A stretch of DNA of 64,000 bases from Syntrophomonadaceae bacterium (GTDB taxonomy: Bacteria; Bacillota; Dethiobacteria; DTU022; UBA8154), in NCBI GenBank assembly GCA_007135125.1, contig SLJK01000053.1, forward strand, positions 3,974 through 67,973. Reading direction: 5' to 3'. The position numbers were made by a program, and so were the translations under genes. Numbering within the stretch: position 1 is the stretch's first letter; every line of letters begins with the position of its first letter. Positions 49,247 to 58,001 of the stretch are shown here, piece after piece. Under the pieces are notes generated by a model. The model was not told where the DNA came from and did no database searches. It saw only the letters and a program-made list of their open reading frames with translations.

Positions 49247-50350
49247 CTAAAACTGAATTTTGAACCTTCTCATTCCCACACTCAATACGACCCCAAGAGA
49301 GGCCATATTGACTATCATCGCACTTCCACCGTAACTCATAAAGGGGAGGGGAAGACCTGTAACGGGCATGATCCCCAGAGACATACCTATGTTAACCATA
49401 ACCTGAAAAGCAATGAGAGCAGCAACACCTAAACAGAGAAGCGCGCCAAAGCGGTCCTTGGAAAAAGAGCCAATTTTTAGGATGCGGTAAATTAAGAGAA
49501 AATAAAGGGACAATAGCAGTACTGCACCTAAAAAACCAAGCTCCTCTCCCAGTACGGAAAAAATAAAATCCGTATGTTGTTCTGGGAGAAATTGCAAGTG
49601 GGCCTGTGTCCCTTCGAACAAACCCTTTCCACCTACCCCTCCTGATCCTATAGCAATCATAGATTGACTCAACTGGTATCCGTAGCTCAAAGGGTCAAGC
49701 TCAGGATTTAAGAAAACCAGCAGCCTCATTTTTTGATAGTCAAGAAGACGGGACCAAAAAAGCGGAATGGTGGCCAAGCCGGCACAAGCCATCAATATCA
49801 AATTAACCAGGGGAACCCCTGCCATGAAAAGCATTGCAAAATACAAAACGATAAAGACAAGCGCCGTTCCCAGGTCAGGCTGCATGAAAATCAGTAAAAT
49901 TGGAGGTATAATGAATAACAACAGCAAGGGCAGCGATCTAATTAATGAGGGAAGCCTATTTTGTAAATCTACCAGTAACCTTGCCAAGCTTATAATAACG
50001 ATAAGTTTTGCCAGTTCTGATGGTTGAAAATCAAAGAAACCGAGGTTTATCCAGCGAAATGATCCACCTGCATCCCTGCCCACAAATAAAACCAGTACAA
50101 GAAAAATTATGTTGCAACTGTAGAGATACCAGCTCCAGCGATAATAGTTAATATAATCAATGCTTGCCGCCAACAATAGTCCGCCCATTCCAACTGCTAC
50201 CCATATAGCTTGCCTGCGAACATAAGCAAAAGTATCACTTACATGAAGGCCTTGAGTAGCGCTGCTGATAACTACCAGTCCATAAAAACAAAGGATTAGA
50301 GCAATTATCAATAATTGGTAATCAAAGTTTTTAAGAAGCCTTTTATCCAT
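49247..50350 (-). CDS. rodA: Rod shape-determining SEDS protein RodA
   Basis: FQPSELAK, QPDLGT, LPEQHTDFIF, PFMSYGGS. Confidence 0.92.
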   Translation of the reverse strand: MDKRLLKNFDYQLLIIALILCFYGLVVISSATQGLHVSDTFAYVRRQAIWVAVGMGGLLLAASIDYINYYRWSWYLYSCNIIFLVLVLFVGRDAGGSFRWINLGFFDFQPSELAKLIVIISLARLLVDLQNRLPSLIRSLPLLLLFIIPPILLIFMQPDLGTALVFIVLYFAMLFMAGVPLVNLILMACAGLATIPLFWSRLLDYQKMRLLVFLNPELDPLSYGYQLSQSMIAIGSGGVGGKGLFEGTQAHLQFLPEQHTDFIFSVLGEELGFLGAVLLLSLYFLLIYRILKIGSFSKDRFGALLCLGVAALIAFQVMVNIGMSLGIMPVTGLPLPFMSYGGSAMIVNMASLGVVLSVGMRRFKIQF

Positions 50351-50370
50351 TATGCTTCCGGCCCCTCATG

Positions 50371-52227
50371 TTAATCATTTGCAGAATTGATATCATTTGT
50401 TTCATTTTCTAGCCCTTCCATATCCAAACCAAAATACTCCATTAATATCTCTCCAGCCACAGGAGCAGCAGTTTCTCCCCCAGTACCCCCGTGTTTGATA
50501 AATACCACCAGGGCTACCTCCGGTTCATCCACCGGAGCATAAGCTACAAATATACTATGGTTGGGAATGCTGCCTTCAGTTCCTACCACCTGAACAGTTC
50601 CCGTCTTACCGGCAATATCTACCGGCAGATCTGCCAGATGTCCGGCCGTTCCTCCGGGCCGGGCAGCCTTTACCATTCCTTCTCTAACAACATCCCATGT
50701 CGCACTGTTAACATCCATATGATGAAGCACCTCAGGTTCGGCCATCATCTCTACATTGCCTTCACTATCTACAACCTTTTCCACCAGGTATGGACGGTAG
50801 TGAATGCCTCCGTTGACAATCATAGCCGCATAATTGGCCATTTGTAAGGGAGTAAAGCTGTGAAAACTCTGGCCGATAGCCGCATCCATTGTTTCAGCAG
50901 GGTACCAACTCTCATTGTAAACCTGCTCCTTATAATCACGGCTGGCCACTATTCCGCTCTTTTCCCCAAATATATCAGTTAATCCTACGGGGCTGCCAAA
51001 GCCAAATTCCCTGCTGTAATGAGCCAGAGAATCTATACCAACTTTCAGGCCCATTTCATAAAAGAAAATATTGCAGGACCGGGTAATAGCATCTACAATG
51101 CCCAGGGTGCCGTGCACCGTTCCCCTATAACAAGATTTAGTCGCTCCGTAACGAGTCAGTGTGCCGCGGCAGGTTATCGTATTATTCCTGCCAACCCCCC
51201 CTGCCTCCATGGCAGCCACAGCCGTCACCATCTTGAAAGAAGAGCCCACCGGATAATGATCTGCGATAGCCTTGTTGTTAAGGGGGCGCCTGGGATCTTC
51301 TTCCAAGGAGCGATAATCCTGCCTAAAAGTATTGGGATCATAGGTTGGAATACTGGCAAGAGCCAAAACTTTTCCACTATCAGGCTCTAAAACCACTGCT
51401 GCAGCTTCTCCCGCATAAAGGTTTCCTTCCTCTTCCAGTTGGCGAGCAACAGCTTCCTTTAAAATATTTTCAACCTTCTTTTGAAAAGAAAGGTCAATGG
51501 TCAGGTATATATCAGAACCAGGTTGTGGGTCCACTCTTTCATACTCCCGAATAGCCTGACCGGTAACATTAACCTCTACCTGAACGCCACCATCTTCTCC
51601 TCTCAGGTAAGGCTCCCAGGCAAGCTCCAATCCTTTCTGCCCAACCAAATCGCCAATTTGGTACTCATAACCTTCCTCCTGCCAGCGCTCAACAATCCAC
51701 TCCTCCATGGGACTATCCCCGAGATATCCAATAATATGAGCAGCTGTTTCCTCACTAACATATTCTCTGATAGGTTGTGCTTCGATGAGGACGCCGGGAA
51801 GATCTAACCGGTGTTCGGCAATCTGTGCTACTACTTCTTCATCCACGTCATTTTTCAAACGTACCGGCAGGTAGCGTCGGTAATATTGTGAACGTATTTT
51901 TTCCATGATTTCCTCTTCTTCCATCTCCAGGAGTTCTCCAAGACGGGAAACGGTTTCTTCTTCATATCCTGTGCCCAGATCTACCATGGAAACAGTAAAA
52001 CCGGGTCTGTTAGTAGCCAGTTGTTCGCCTTGCTGGTCAAATACTTCCCCGCGTGGTGCGGTTATAGGAAGAATACGCATTCTGTTGGTTTCAGCTCTTG
52101 CCCAATAATGCTCGTGCTGGATAATCTGCAGGTACGCAAGGCGTGCTGAGAGGAGGACAAAAATAAGAAGCACAATTGATATAAACAATCGGGTTCTTTT
52201 TAACATTCGCTTATCCATATATATCAC
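50371..52227 (-). CDS. mrdA: Penicillin-binding protein 2
   Basis: APRG, GSSFK (SxxK), SCN, KTGT. Confidence 0.92.
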   Translation of the reverse strand: MIYMDKRMLKRTRLFISIVLLIFVLLSARLAYLQIIQHEHYWARAETNRMRILPITAPRGEVFDQQGEQLATNRPGFTVSMVDLGTGYEEETVSRLGELLEMEEEEIMEKIRSQYYRRYLPVRLKNDVDEEVVAQIAEHRLDLPGVLIEAQPIREYVSEETAAHIIGYLGDSPMEEWIVERWQEEGYEYQIGDLVGQKGLELAWEPYLRGEDGGVQVEVNVTGQAIREYERVDPQPGSDIYLTIDLSFQKKVENILKEAVARQLEEEGNLYAGEAAAVVLEPDSGKVLALASIPTYDPNTFRQDYRSLEEDPRRPLNNKAIADHYPVGSSFKMVTAVAAMEAGGVGRNNTITCRGTLTRYGATKSCYRGTVHGTLGIVDAITRSCNIFFYEMGLKVGIDSLAHYSREFGFGSPVGLTDIFGEKSGIVASRDYKEQVYNESWYPAETMDAAIGQSFHSFTPLQMANYAAMIVNGGIHYRPYLVEKVVDSEGNVEMMAEPEVLHHMDVNSATWDVVREGMVKAARPGGTAGHLADLPVDIAGKTGTVQVVGTEGSIPNHSIFVAYAPVDEPEVALVVFIKHGGTGGETAAPVAGEILMEYFGLDMEGLENETNDINSAND

Positions 52228-52761
52228 TCACCTGTAGGAAGGGTTGAAAAAATTGGCACGGTCAGCCTTGTAAATAATAGGATAAAGAAAAAGCGTTAAA
52301 GCAAAGTGGTAGAAAGCACGGAACAGAAAAATACTTTCCACTGCCACAAAAAAACCCATTTCAGCCCCCCAATAAAAGCTGACCAACATATAAAGAATTG
52401 ACTCATGCATTATTGTAGCAAAAAAAACGGTCAGCATAGGGCCAACAATCTGATCCTTGTAAATTTCACGAGATATCAATCCGGAGAAATAAGCAGACAG
52501 CATTTTGGCAAGAGCAAAAAAACCAATTGCGGGGCCAAAAAAAATATCCTGGAGCAGGCCTGTAATAATTCCCAGAATCATACCCTTCTTCTCTCCCCAA
52601 AGGAAAGAAAGGCATACTATCACTATCAACAGCAAATCCGGTTTAATACCTCTTAAAAATACCAGGGCAAAAAAGGAACCTTCCAGCACCAGTAATATAA
52701 CCGCCAAAAAAATAATAATAAGGTAAGGGGCTAAAGTAATGCCATTCTCGTTATCCATCAA
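52228..52761 (-). CDS. mreD: Rod shape-determining protein MreD
   Basis: Hydrophobic; KPDL, GLLQD motifs; lies between mreC and mrdA. Confidence 0.85.
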   Translation of the reverse strand: MMDNENGITLAPYLIIIFLAVILLVLEGSFFALVFLRGIKPDLLLIVIVCLSFLWGEKKGMILGIITGLLQDIFFGPAIGFFALAKMLSAYFSGLISREIYKDQIVGPMLTVFFATIMHESILYMLVSFYWGAEMGFFVAVESIFLFRAFYHFALTLFLYPIIYKADRANFFNPSYR

Positions 52762-53660
52762 AGTAGGCTTTCCCTGCCTTCCCTTTGCCCTTCCATGCTG
52801 AAATTGCCTTCCATATTCTCCTCTTCCTGCCTGATATCCAGGACAATAAAAACTTCTTCCAGGCGGTTAAAGTTAACTGCAGGACGCACCAATGCCTGCT
52901 GCAAAAGCCCGTATTGATCTTTGCCAACTTCCATTACCTCCCCCACAATCAATCCTTTGGGGAAAACACCGCCCATTCCTGAAGAAATAATGGTATCACC
53001 AGATTGTATATTGGCTTCCGGAGGAAGGTTAATCACTCTTAAATAACCTTCTTCTTCGGGGTAACCCTCCACTATTCCTGCCGTTCCCGGATCCCTGGAA
53101 CGCTGTACAAGTATACTAACTGCCCGCCTGGAATCCGTTAGCAGCAGAACCTTGGAAGTATTCCGGGAAACCTGAAAAACATTACCCACTAATCCTTCTG
53201 CAGTGACTACAGCCATTTTTTCCTCGATGCCGTGATAGTAACCCCTATTAATAGTAATAGTTTCGAACCAATGGGTAGGATCCCTGGCAATAACTTCTGC
53301 TGGAAGCAATTCGTACTCTGTTCTTTCTTGGAATCCAAGCATTTCTCTAAGGCGAAAATTTTCTTTCTGCAGCTCCAGCAGCTCTTGCCGGTAAGTATCT
53401 CTAGCTGCCAATACTTCACGAAGCTCACGGTTTTCTTCCAATATTTCCCTGTAACCCGTTACCCCCTGCAAAAAATCAGACGCGCTGCTTCCTAGCTCAG
53501 AAATAAATCCCTGTACCGGAGAAATGGCTGTTAATACCAGGTTTTCAATAAAGGTATAGCGAGAACGGTGTTCACCGGTAAAATTAATCAAGGCCAACAA
53601 TAATATTACTATAGCCAAAAAACCCAACAGTTTAGGGGAAAATCTAGTCAACCTTAACAC
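52758..53660 (-). CDS. mreC: Rod shape-determining protein MreC
   Basis: TM + coiled coil ENFRLREML, SSGMGGVFPKG. Confidence 0.92.
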   Translation of the reverse strand: MLRLTRFSPKLLGFLAIVILLLALINFTGEHRSRYTFIENLVLTAISPVQGFISELGSSASDFLQGVTGYREILEENRELREVLAARDTYRQELLELQKENFRLREMLGFQERTEYELLPAEVIARDPTHWFETITINRGYYHGIEEKMAVVTAEGLVGNVFQVSRNTSKVLLLTDSRRAVSILVQRSRDPGTAGIVEGYPEEEGYLRVINLPPEANIQSGDTIISSGMGGVFPKGLIVGEVMEVGKDQYGLLQQALVRPAVNFNRLEEVFIVLDIRQEEENMEGNFSMEGQREGRESLL

Positions 53661-53692
53661 TGCCTTCCCTCAATCAAGAATATTTCTGCGGT

Positions 53693-54733
53693 CTATTTCA
53701 CAAAAGCCTTATTGGGTTTAACAGCAACTCTTTTTAGAAGTTCTATAGCCGTAAGGGCTTTACCTGCACCTATTACCACACAATCAAGCGGATCTTCGGC
53801 CATATATACCGGCATCCCGGTCTCTTCAGCCACTAATTTATCCAGTCCTCGTAATAAGGCTCCTCCACCACTTAAAATTACTCCTTTTTCCATTATATCT
53901 GCAGCCAATTCAGGTGGAGTCCTCTCCAGGGTGTTTTTTATGGTCTCCATGATTGCAGAAACAGGCTCGGCAAGAGCTGTTTCTATTTCCCATGAAGTTA
54001 CTGTTAAAACCTTGGGGAGACCGCTAACCAGGTCCCTACCCCTGATATCTTTCTTTTCATCTTCCTCCATATGAAAGGCCGAACCAAGATCTATTTTTAG
54101 TTCTTCGGCAGTTCTTTCACCGATCATTAAATTATAGGTTTTCTTTATGTAGTTAATAATGGCTTCATCCATCTCGTCGCCACCGACTCGGATAGATTTG
54201 CTGGTAACAATACCTCCTAAAGAGATAACTGCTACTTCGGAAGTGCCACCTCCCACGTCGACAATCATGCTGCCGGTAGGCTCCTCCACGGGAAGCCCTG
54301 CTCCTATGGCAGCTGCCATAGGTTCCTCTATCAAAAAGGCCTGTTTGGCTCCAGCTTGTTTTGTGGCATCTAAAACAGCTCTTTTTTCTACCTCCGTAAC
54401 CCCGGAAGGAACACAAACAACAACCTGGGGAAGAAACAGAGCACGCCTCCTATAGGCTTTAGCAATAAAATGCTTGAGCATGGTTTGGGTGACATCAAAA
54501 TCAGCAATAACACCATCTTTCATGGGCCTTATGGCCACAATATTGCCCGGCGTTCGACCTATCATCTGCTTGGCTTCCTCTCCTACAGCGAGTATAGAGC
54601 CGTTATCTCTTCGAATAGCAACCACGGAAGGTTCTCGAAGCACTATTCCCTTTTTCCTCACATAAACCAGTGTGTTTGCTGTTCCCAGATCTATTCCAAT
54701 ATCTCTTACAAATAGCCCGTTAAAAAGCCCCAT
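53693..54733 (-). CDS. mreB: Actin-like MreB
   Basis: [26 protein letters not shown]. Confidence 0.96.
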   Translation of the reverse strand: MGLFNGLFVRDIGIDLGTANTLVYVRKKGIVLREPSVVAIRRDNGSILAVGEEAKQMIGRTPGNIVAIRPMKDGVIADFDVTQTMLKHFIAKAYRRRALFLPQVVVCVPSGVTEVEKRAVLDATKQAGAKQAFLIEEPMAAAIGAGLPVEEPTGSMIVDVGGGTSEVAVISLGGIVTSKSIRVGGDEMDEAIINYIKKTYNLMIGERTAEELKIDLGSAFHMEEDEKKDIRGRDLVSGLPKVLTVTSWEIETALAEPVSAIMETIKNTLERTPPELAADIMEKGVILSGGGALLRGLDKLVAEETGMPVYMAEDPLDCVVIGAGKALTAIELLKRVAVKPNKAFVK

Positions 54734-54802
54734 TCTCTTGGAATCTCCTTTCTTTACCGTTTCTTCATCTTTTTCTTTGTCTGCCCATTATACTGGAAAA
54801 CC

Positions 54803-55492
54803 TCAATTCATAAAACCCATTTCTTTAAAACTCAGATATTTTTCTTCACCAACAATAATGTGATCCAGTACCACTATCCCCAATAGGTTTCCGGCTTTTA
54901 CTAATCTTGTGGTAATCTCCAGATCCTCGTTGCTGGGATAGGGGTCCCCACTGGGGTGATTGTGCGCCAGGATAATAGCGGCAGCGCTTTTTTTGACAGG
55001 CAAATGAAATATTTCCCGGGGATGAACAATGGAAGCACTTAGACTGCCTACAGAAACTTCTTCTAAAGAAATAATAAAATTTTTGGCGTCTAATAAAATA
55101 ATCTTAAAATACTCTTTTTTATAGTAACGCATCTCTTCCATTAAATAACTGCCCACGGCATGGGGGGAGTTTAGAGAAAGGTTGTGGGGGCGCAGTGTGA
55201 ATTTAATGCGTTTTCCCAGCTCCAACGCCGCTTTTAACTGGACTGCTTTGGCCGGTCCGATTCCCTTTATTTTTTCCAACTCTTCCAGGGTATAATCCGG
55301 CAGATAACGCAAACCCCCGACCTTTTCAATAACTGTTTCTGCCAGGTTTATAGCCGTTTTTTCCCTGTAACCTGTTCGCAGTAAAATAGCTAGAAGCTCC
55401 GAGTTGGAAAGTTTTTCAGCACCTTCGACTTTCATTCTCTCACGCGGACGTTCTTCCAGTGGGAAATCCTTAATTGTTCGTCTATTCTCCGT
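54803..55492 (-). CDS. radC: RadC/JAB-domain protein (probable ACG start)
   Basis: IKD.P.EERPRE N-terminus, VHPRE, HNHPSGD, LDHII; AAGGAGG SD 8 nt before ACG 55492. Confidence 0.88.
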   Translation of the reverse strand, partial: TENRRTIKDFPLEERPRERMKVEGAEKLSNSELLAILLRTGYREKTAINLAETVIEKVGGLRYLPDYTLEELEKIKGIGPAKAVQLKAALELGKRIKFTLRPHNLSLNSPHAVGSYLMEEMRYYKKEYFKIILLDAKNFIISLEEVSVGSLSASIVHPREIFHLPVKKSAAAIILAHNHPSGDPYPSNEDLEITTRLVKAGNLLGIVVLDHIIVGEEKYLSFKEMGFMN

Positions 55493-55507
55493 TGGAGTAT
55501 CCTCCTT

Positions 55508-56071
55508 TTACCAGATAGGCCAATTGTACTCTTTGAGCATTTTTACAAGCAATGCAATAGGCAGGCCTACCACGTTAAAATAACATCCTTCTATCCGTTT
55601 TACGAAAACAGCACCTTTTTCCTGGATGCCATAACCACCGGCCTTATCCCAGGGTTCCCCGGAAGCAGCATAAGAATATATTTCTTCCTCTTCAATCTCT
55701 CGGAAAAAAACCCTGGTTTCTTCCTGCTCAACCCTTGCCCGTCCCTTTTCCATGAGAGCCACAGCCGTTATCACACGGTGTTCTTTTCCATTCAACATAT
55801 TTAACATTTTTACCGCGTCTGAAGTATCCCGTGGTTTACCCATAATTATTTCTTCACATATAACAGCAGTATCAGCTCCCAGGATCAGGGAATGTGGATA
55901 TAATAGAAAAACCTTTTCCGCTTTCGCCAGGGCATTTTCCCCCACCATTTTTTCAACCTTCACAGGGGACTCTTGATATGGACTTCTTACAGAACGAAAG
56001 CTCAGCCCGATTTGCTTTAATAGTGCAGCTCGACGCGGTGATGCAGACGCCAGGATTATTTCTTCCACCAT
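55508..56071 (-). CDS. maf: Maf nucleotide pyrophosphatase
   Basis: ILASASPRR, GADT, GKP, DKAGGYGIQ, NVVGLP. Confidence 0.93.
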   Translation of the reverse strand: MVEEIILASASPRRAALLKQIGLSFRSVRSPYQESPVKVEKMVGENALAKAEKVFLLYPHSLILGADTAVICEEIIMGKPRDTSDAVKMLNMLNGKEHRVITAVALMEKGRARVEQEETRVFFREIEEEEIYSYAASGEPWDKAGGYGIQEKGAVFVKRIEGCYFNVVGLPIALLVKMLKEYNWPIW

Positions 56072-56109
56072 ACCGCCCCCAGAATAAGGATGCCACAAAA
56101 AAACGCTTT

Positions 56110-56646
56110 TTAAACTTTCACGGATTGCAAACCTATGCGTTCAGCTACCTTTTCCAGGTAAGCAGCAGCTACACCGGTAAAAAAACCTGTGGGAACTGCC
56201 AGAAGAAGTAAAAGAGGAAGATATCCCCTAAATAAAAGAAAATTTTGCACCAGCAGAGAAGCCAAGGCCAGTTGAACGATATTAAAGGTAACAGCTCCTG
56301 CAATGCTAACTGACACCAGGGTTATGACCCCTCGGCGGTAAATTTCCATAAACAGCGCCATCACCAGGCAGCTTATTATTGCTCCACTGAAGCTGAGGTA
56401 AAAACCAAATCCCAAAAAGTTTCCGATCATCAATGCCCCAATAATACTGCGTAAGGAGGAAACCAGCAGCCCGCTGCGCAATCCGTATAGAACGAGAGTG
56501 AGAAGAGTTATAATATTGGCCAGGCCTAATTTTGCACCCGGAACAGGAATAGGAAGCGGCAAGGCCGCTTCCACTGTATGGATCGCCACCGCAAAAGTGA
56601 CCAGCAAGGACAGGTAAACCATCCTGAAGGTTTTTCCCCGTTCCAA
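56110..56646 (-). CDS. Gx transporter / heptaprenyl diphosphate synthase component I family membrane protein
   Basis: E...P.P.PGAKLGLANI, SFSG, SIAGAV..N..QL. Confidence 0.82.
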   Translation of the reverse strand: MERGKTFRMVYLSLLVTFAVAIHTVEAALPLPIPVPGAKLGLANIITLLTLVLYGLRSGLLVSSLRSIIGALMIGNFLGFGFYLSFSGAIISCLVMALFMEIYRRGVITLVSVSIAGAVTFNIVQLALASLLVQNFLLFRGYLPLLLLLAVPTGFFTGVAAAYLEKVAERIGLQSVKV

Positions 56647-56693
56647 CTTATTTTTGTCCCACCTTTTTAATCGGGAATACTATTACGGGTCTG

Positions 56694-57722
56694 CTATAAT
56701 ATCTCCAACTTCTCATCCAGCCCGGAAGTATAATGAATATCCCCTTCCTTATCTATCAATACTCCTTCCATATCAGAAAGAGTCTCTAATAATTCCAAGC
56801 CCCTTTCAATACCAAGAACAAAAACAGCTGTAGAATAAGCATCGGCAGCAAGAGTATCAGGACCCAGAACAGTCACGCTTATAATCCCTCCATCTGCTGG
56901 CCATCCGCTTTCAGGATCGATAATATGATGATAGCGTTCACCATCCTCTTCAAAAAAACGTTGGTAATCCCCTGATGTAGCCACGCTTCCCTGGTCAATT
57001 TGTAATGTGGCAAACCATTTTTGAGGATCACGGGGATCCTGGACAGCAATCTTCCATGGCTCGCCATCCGTCTTGGATCCGGTGATGTTAATATCCCCGC
57101 CGGCATTAACAAACGACCCTTCAACTCCCGATTCCTCTATTACTTTTTGTCCGCGATCTACGATAAATCCTTTGGCAATTCCTCCCAAATCCAGTTGCAT
57201 GCCTTCTTTAGCTAAAAAAACGCTGGATTCTTCCTCGTTTATTTCAACCTTTTCATAATCAACCTGTAATAGTGCCTCTTCAATTTCTTCAGAGGAAGGA
57301 CGCTGTTGTTCATCTTCTTCATTTCCAAAACCCCAAACTTCTAATAGCGGGCCCACTGTAGGGTCAAAGACCCCTTCTGTCAACCGGGAAATAGCCAGCG
57401 CCTCTTCAATTACCAGTATAACCTCCGGGCCAACCTCAACCCATTCACGACCGGCTGCCCTATTGATATGTTCAATATCGCTTCCTTCAATATGCCTGCT
57501 GAAAATGCCTTCCAAGCGTTCCATCTCGGCAAAAGCTTCTTTCGCAATAGCGTTTCCTTCACTTTCACTAATTCCATACATAGTTACAGTAACATGCGTG
57601 TCCATAACCAGGCGCATTCTGGTTATCTTATCTTCTTCAGAACCAAAACACCCGGAAAAAATCACGGCCAGAATAGTGAAGAACAGCAAAATCAATAAAA
57701 CCCTGTATCTATCCTTTTTCAT
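56694..57722 (-). CDS. apbE: FAD:protein FMN transferase lipoprotein
   Basis: Lipobox FSGC; FDPTVG, DLGGIAKG, NAGGD, ATSGDY, HHIIDP, ADAYST; start moved to 57722. Confidence 0.92.
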   Translation of the reverse strand: MKKDRYRVLLILLFFTILAVIFSGCFGSEEDKITRMRLVMDTHVTVTMYGISESEGNAIAKEAFAEMERLEGIFSRHIEGSDIEHINRAAGREWVEVGPEVILVIEEALAISRLTEGVFDPTVGPLLEVWGFGNEEDEQQRPSSEEIEEALLQVDYEKVEINEEESSVFLAKEGMQLDLGGIAKGFIVDRGQKVIEESGVEGSFVNAGGDINITGSKTDGEPWKIAVQDPRDPQKWFATLQIDQGSVATSGDYQRFFEEDGERYHHIIDPESGWPADGGIISVTVLGPDTLAADAYSTAVFVLGIERGLELLETLSDMEGVLIDKEGDIHYTSGLDEKLEIL

Positions 57723-57920
57723 AATATTTCGCTCCAATATTCTGTAACAATATATATCTTCCCGCAACTGAAAAAGGCAAACACTCTATGCAAGAGCTAT
57801 CATCTTGTCGAACATAATTATACTACCACTTTTGCTCTCTTTAAGCAAGGTAATCTCAGCAATGCTCGAAGGTAGAAAATAATAGCTAAAGTTCTCTTCT
57901 TCCTACGGAACAATTTGCAT

Positions 57921-57945
57921 AAAAAACAGCGTGACTAAATCACGC
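57921..57945 (-). terminator. Probable intrinsic terminator after the Mrp-like operon
   Basis: gcgtga/tcacgc stem, then tg and T6 on the minus strand. Confidence 0.55.
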
Positions 57946-58001
57946 CATTTGAATAGCTCACCCCGAAGTACTGTTTAAACTTTTTCCCCGTCCATATTTC
58001 C

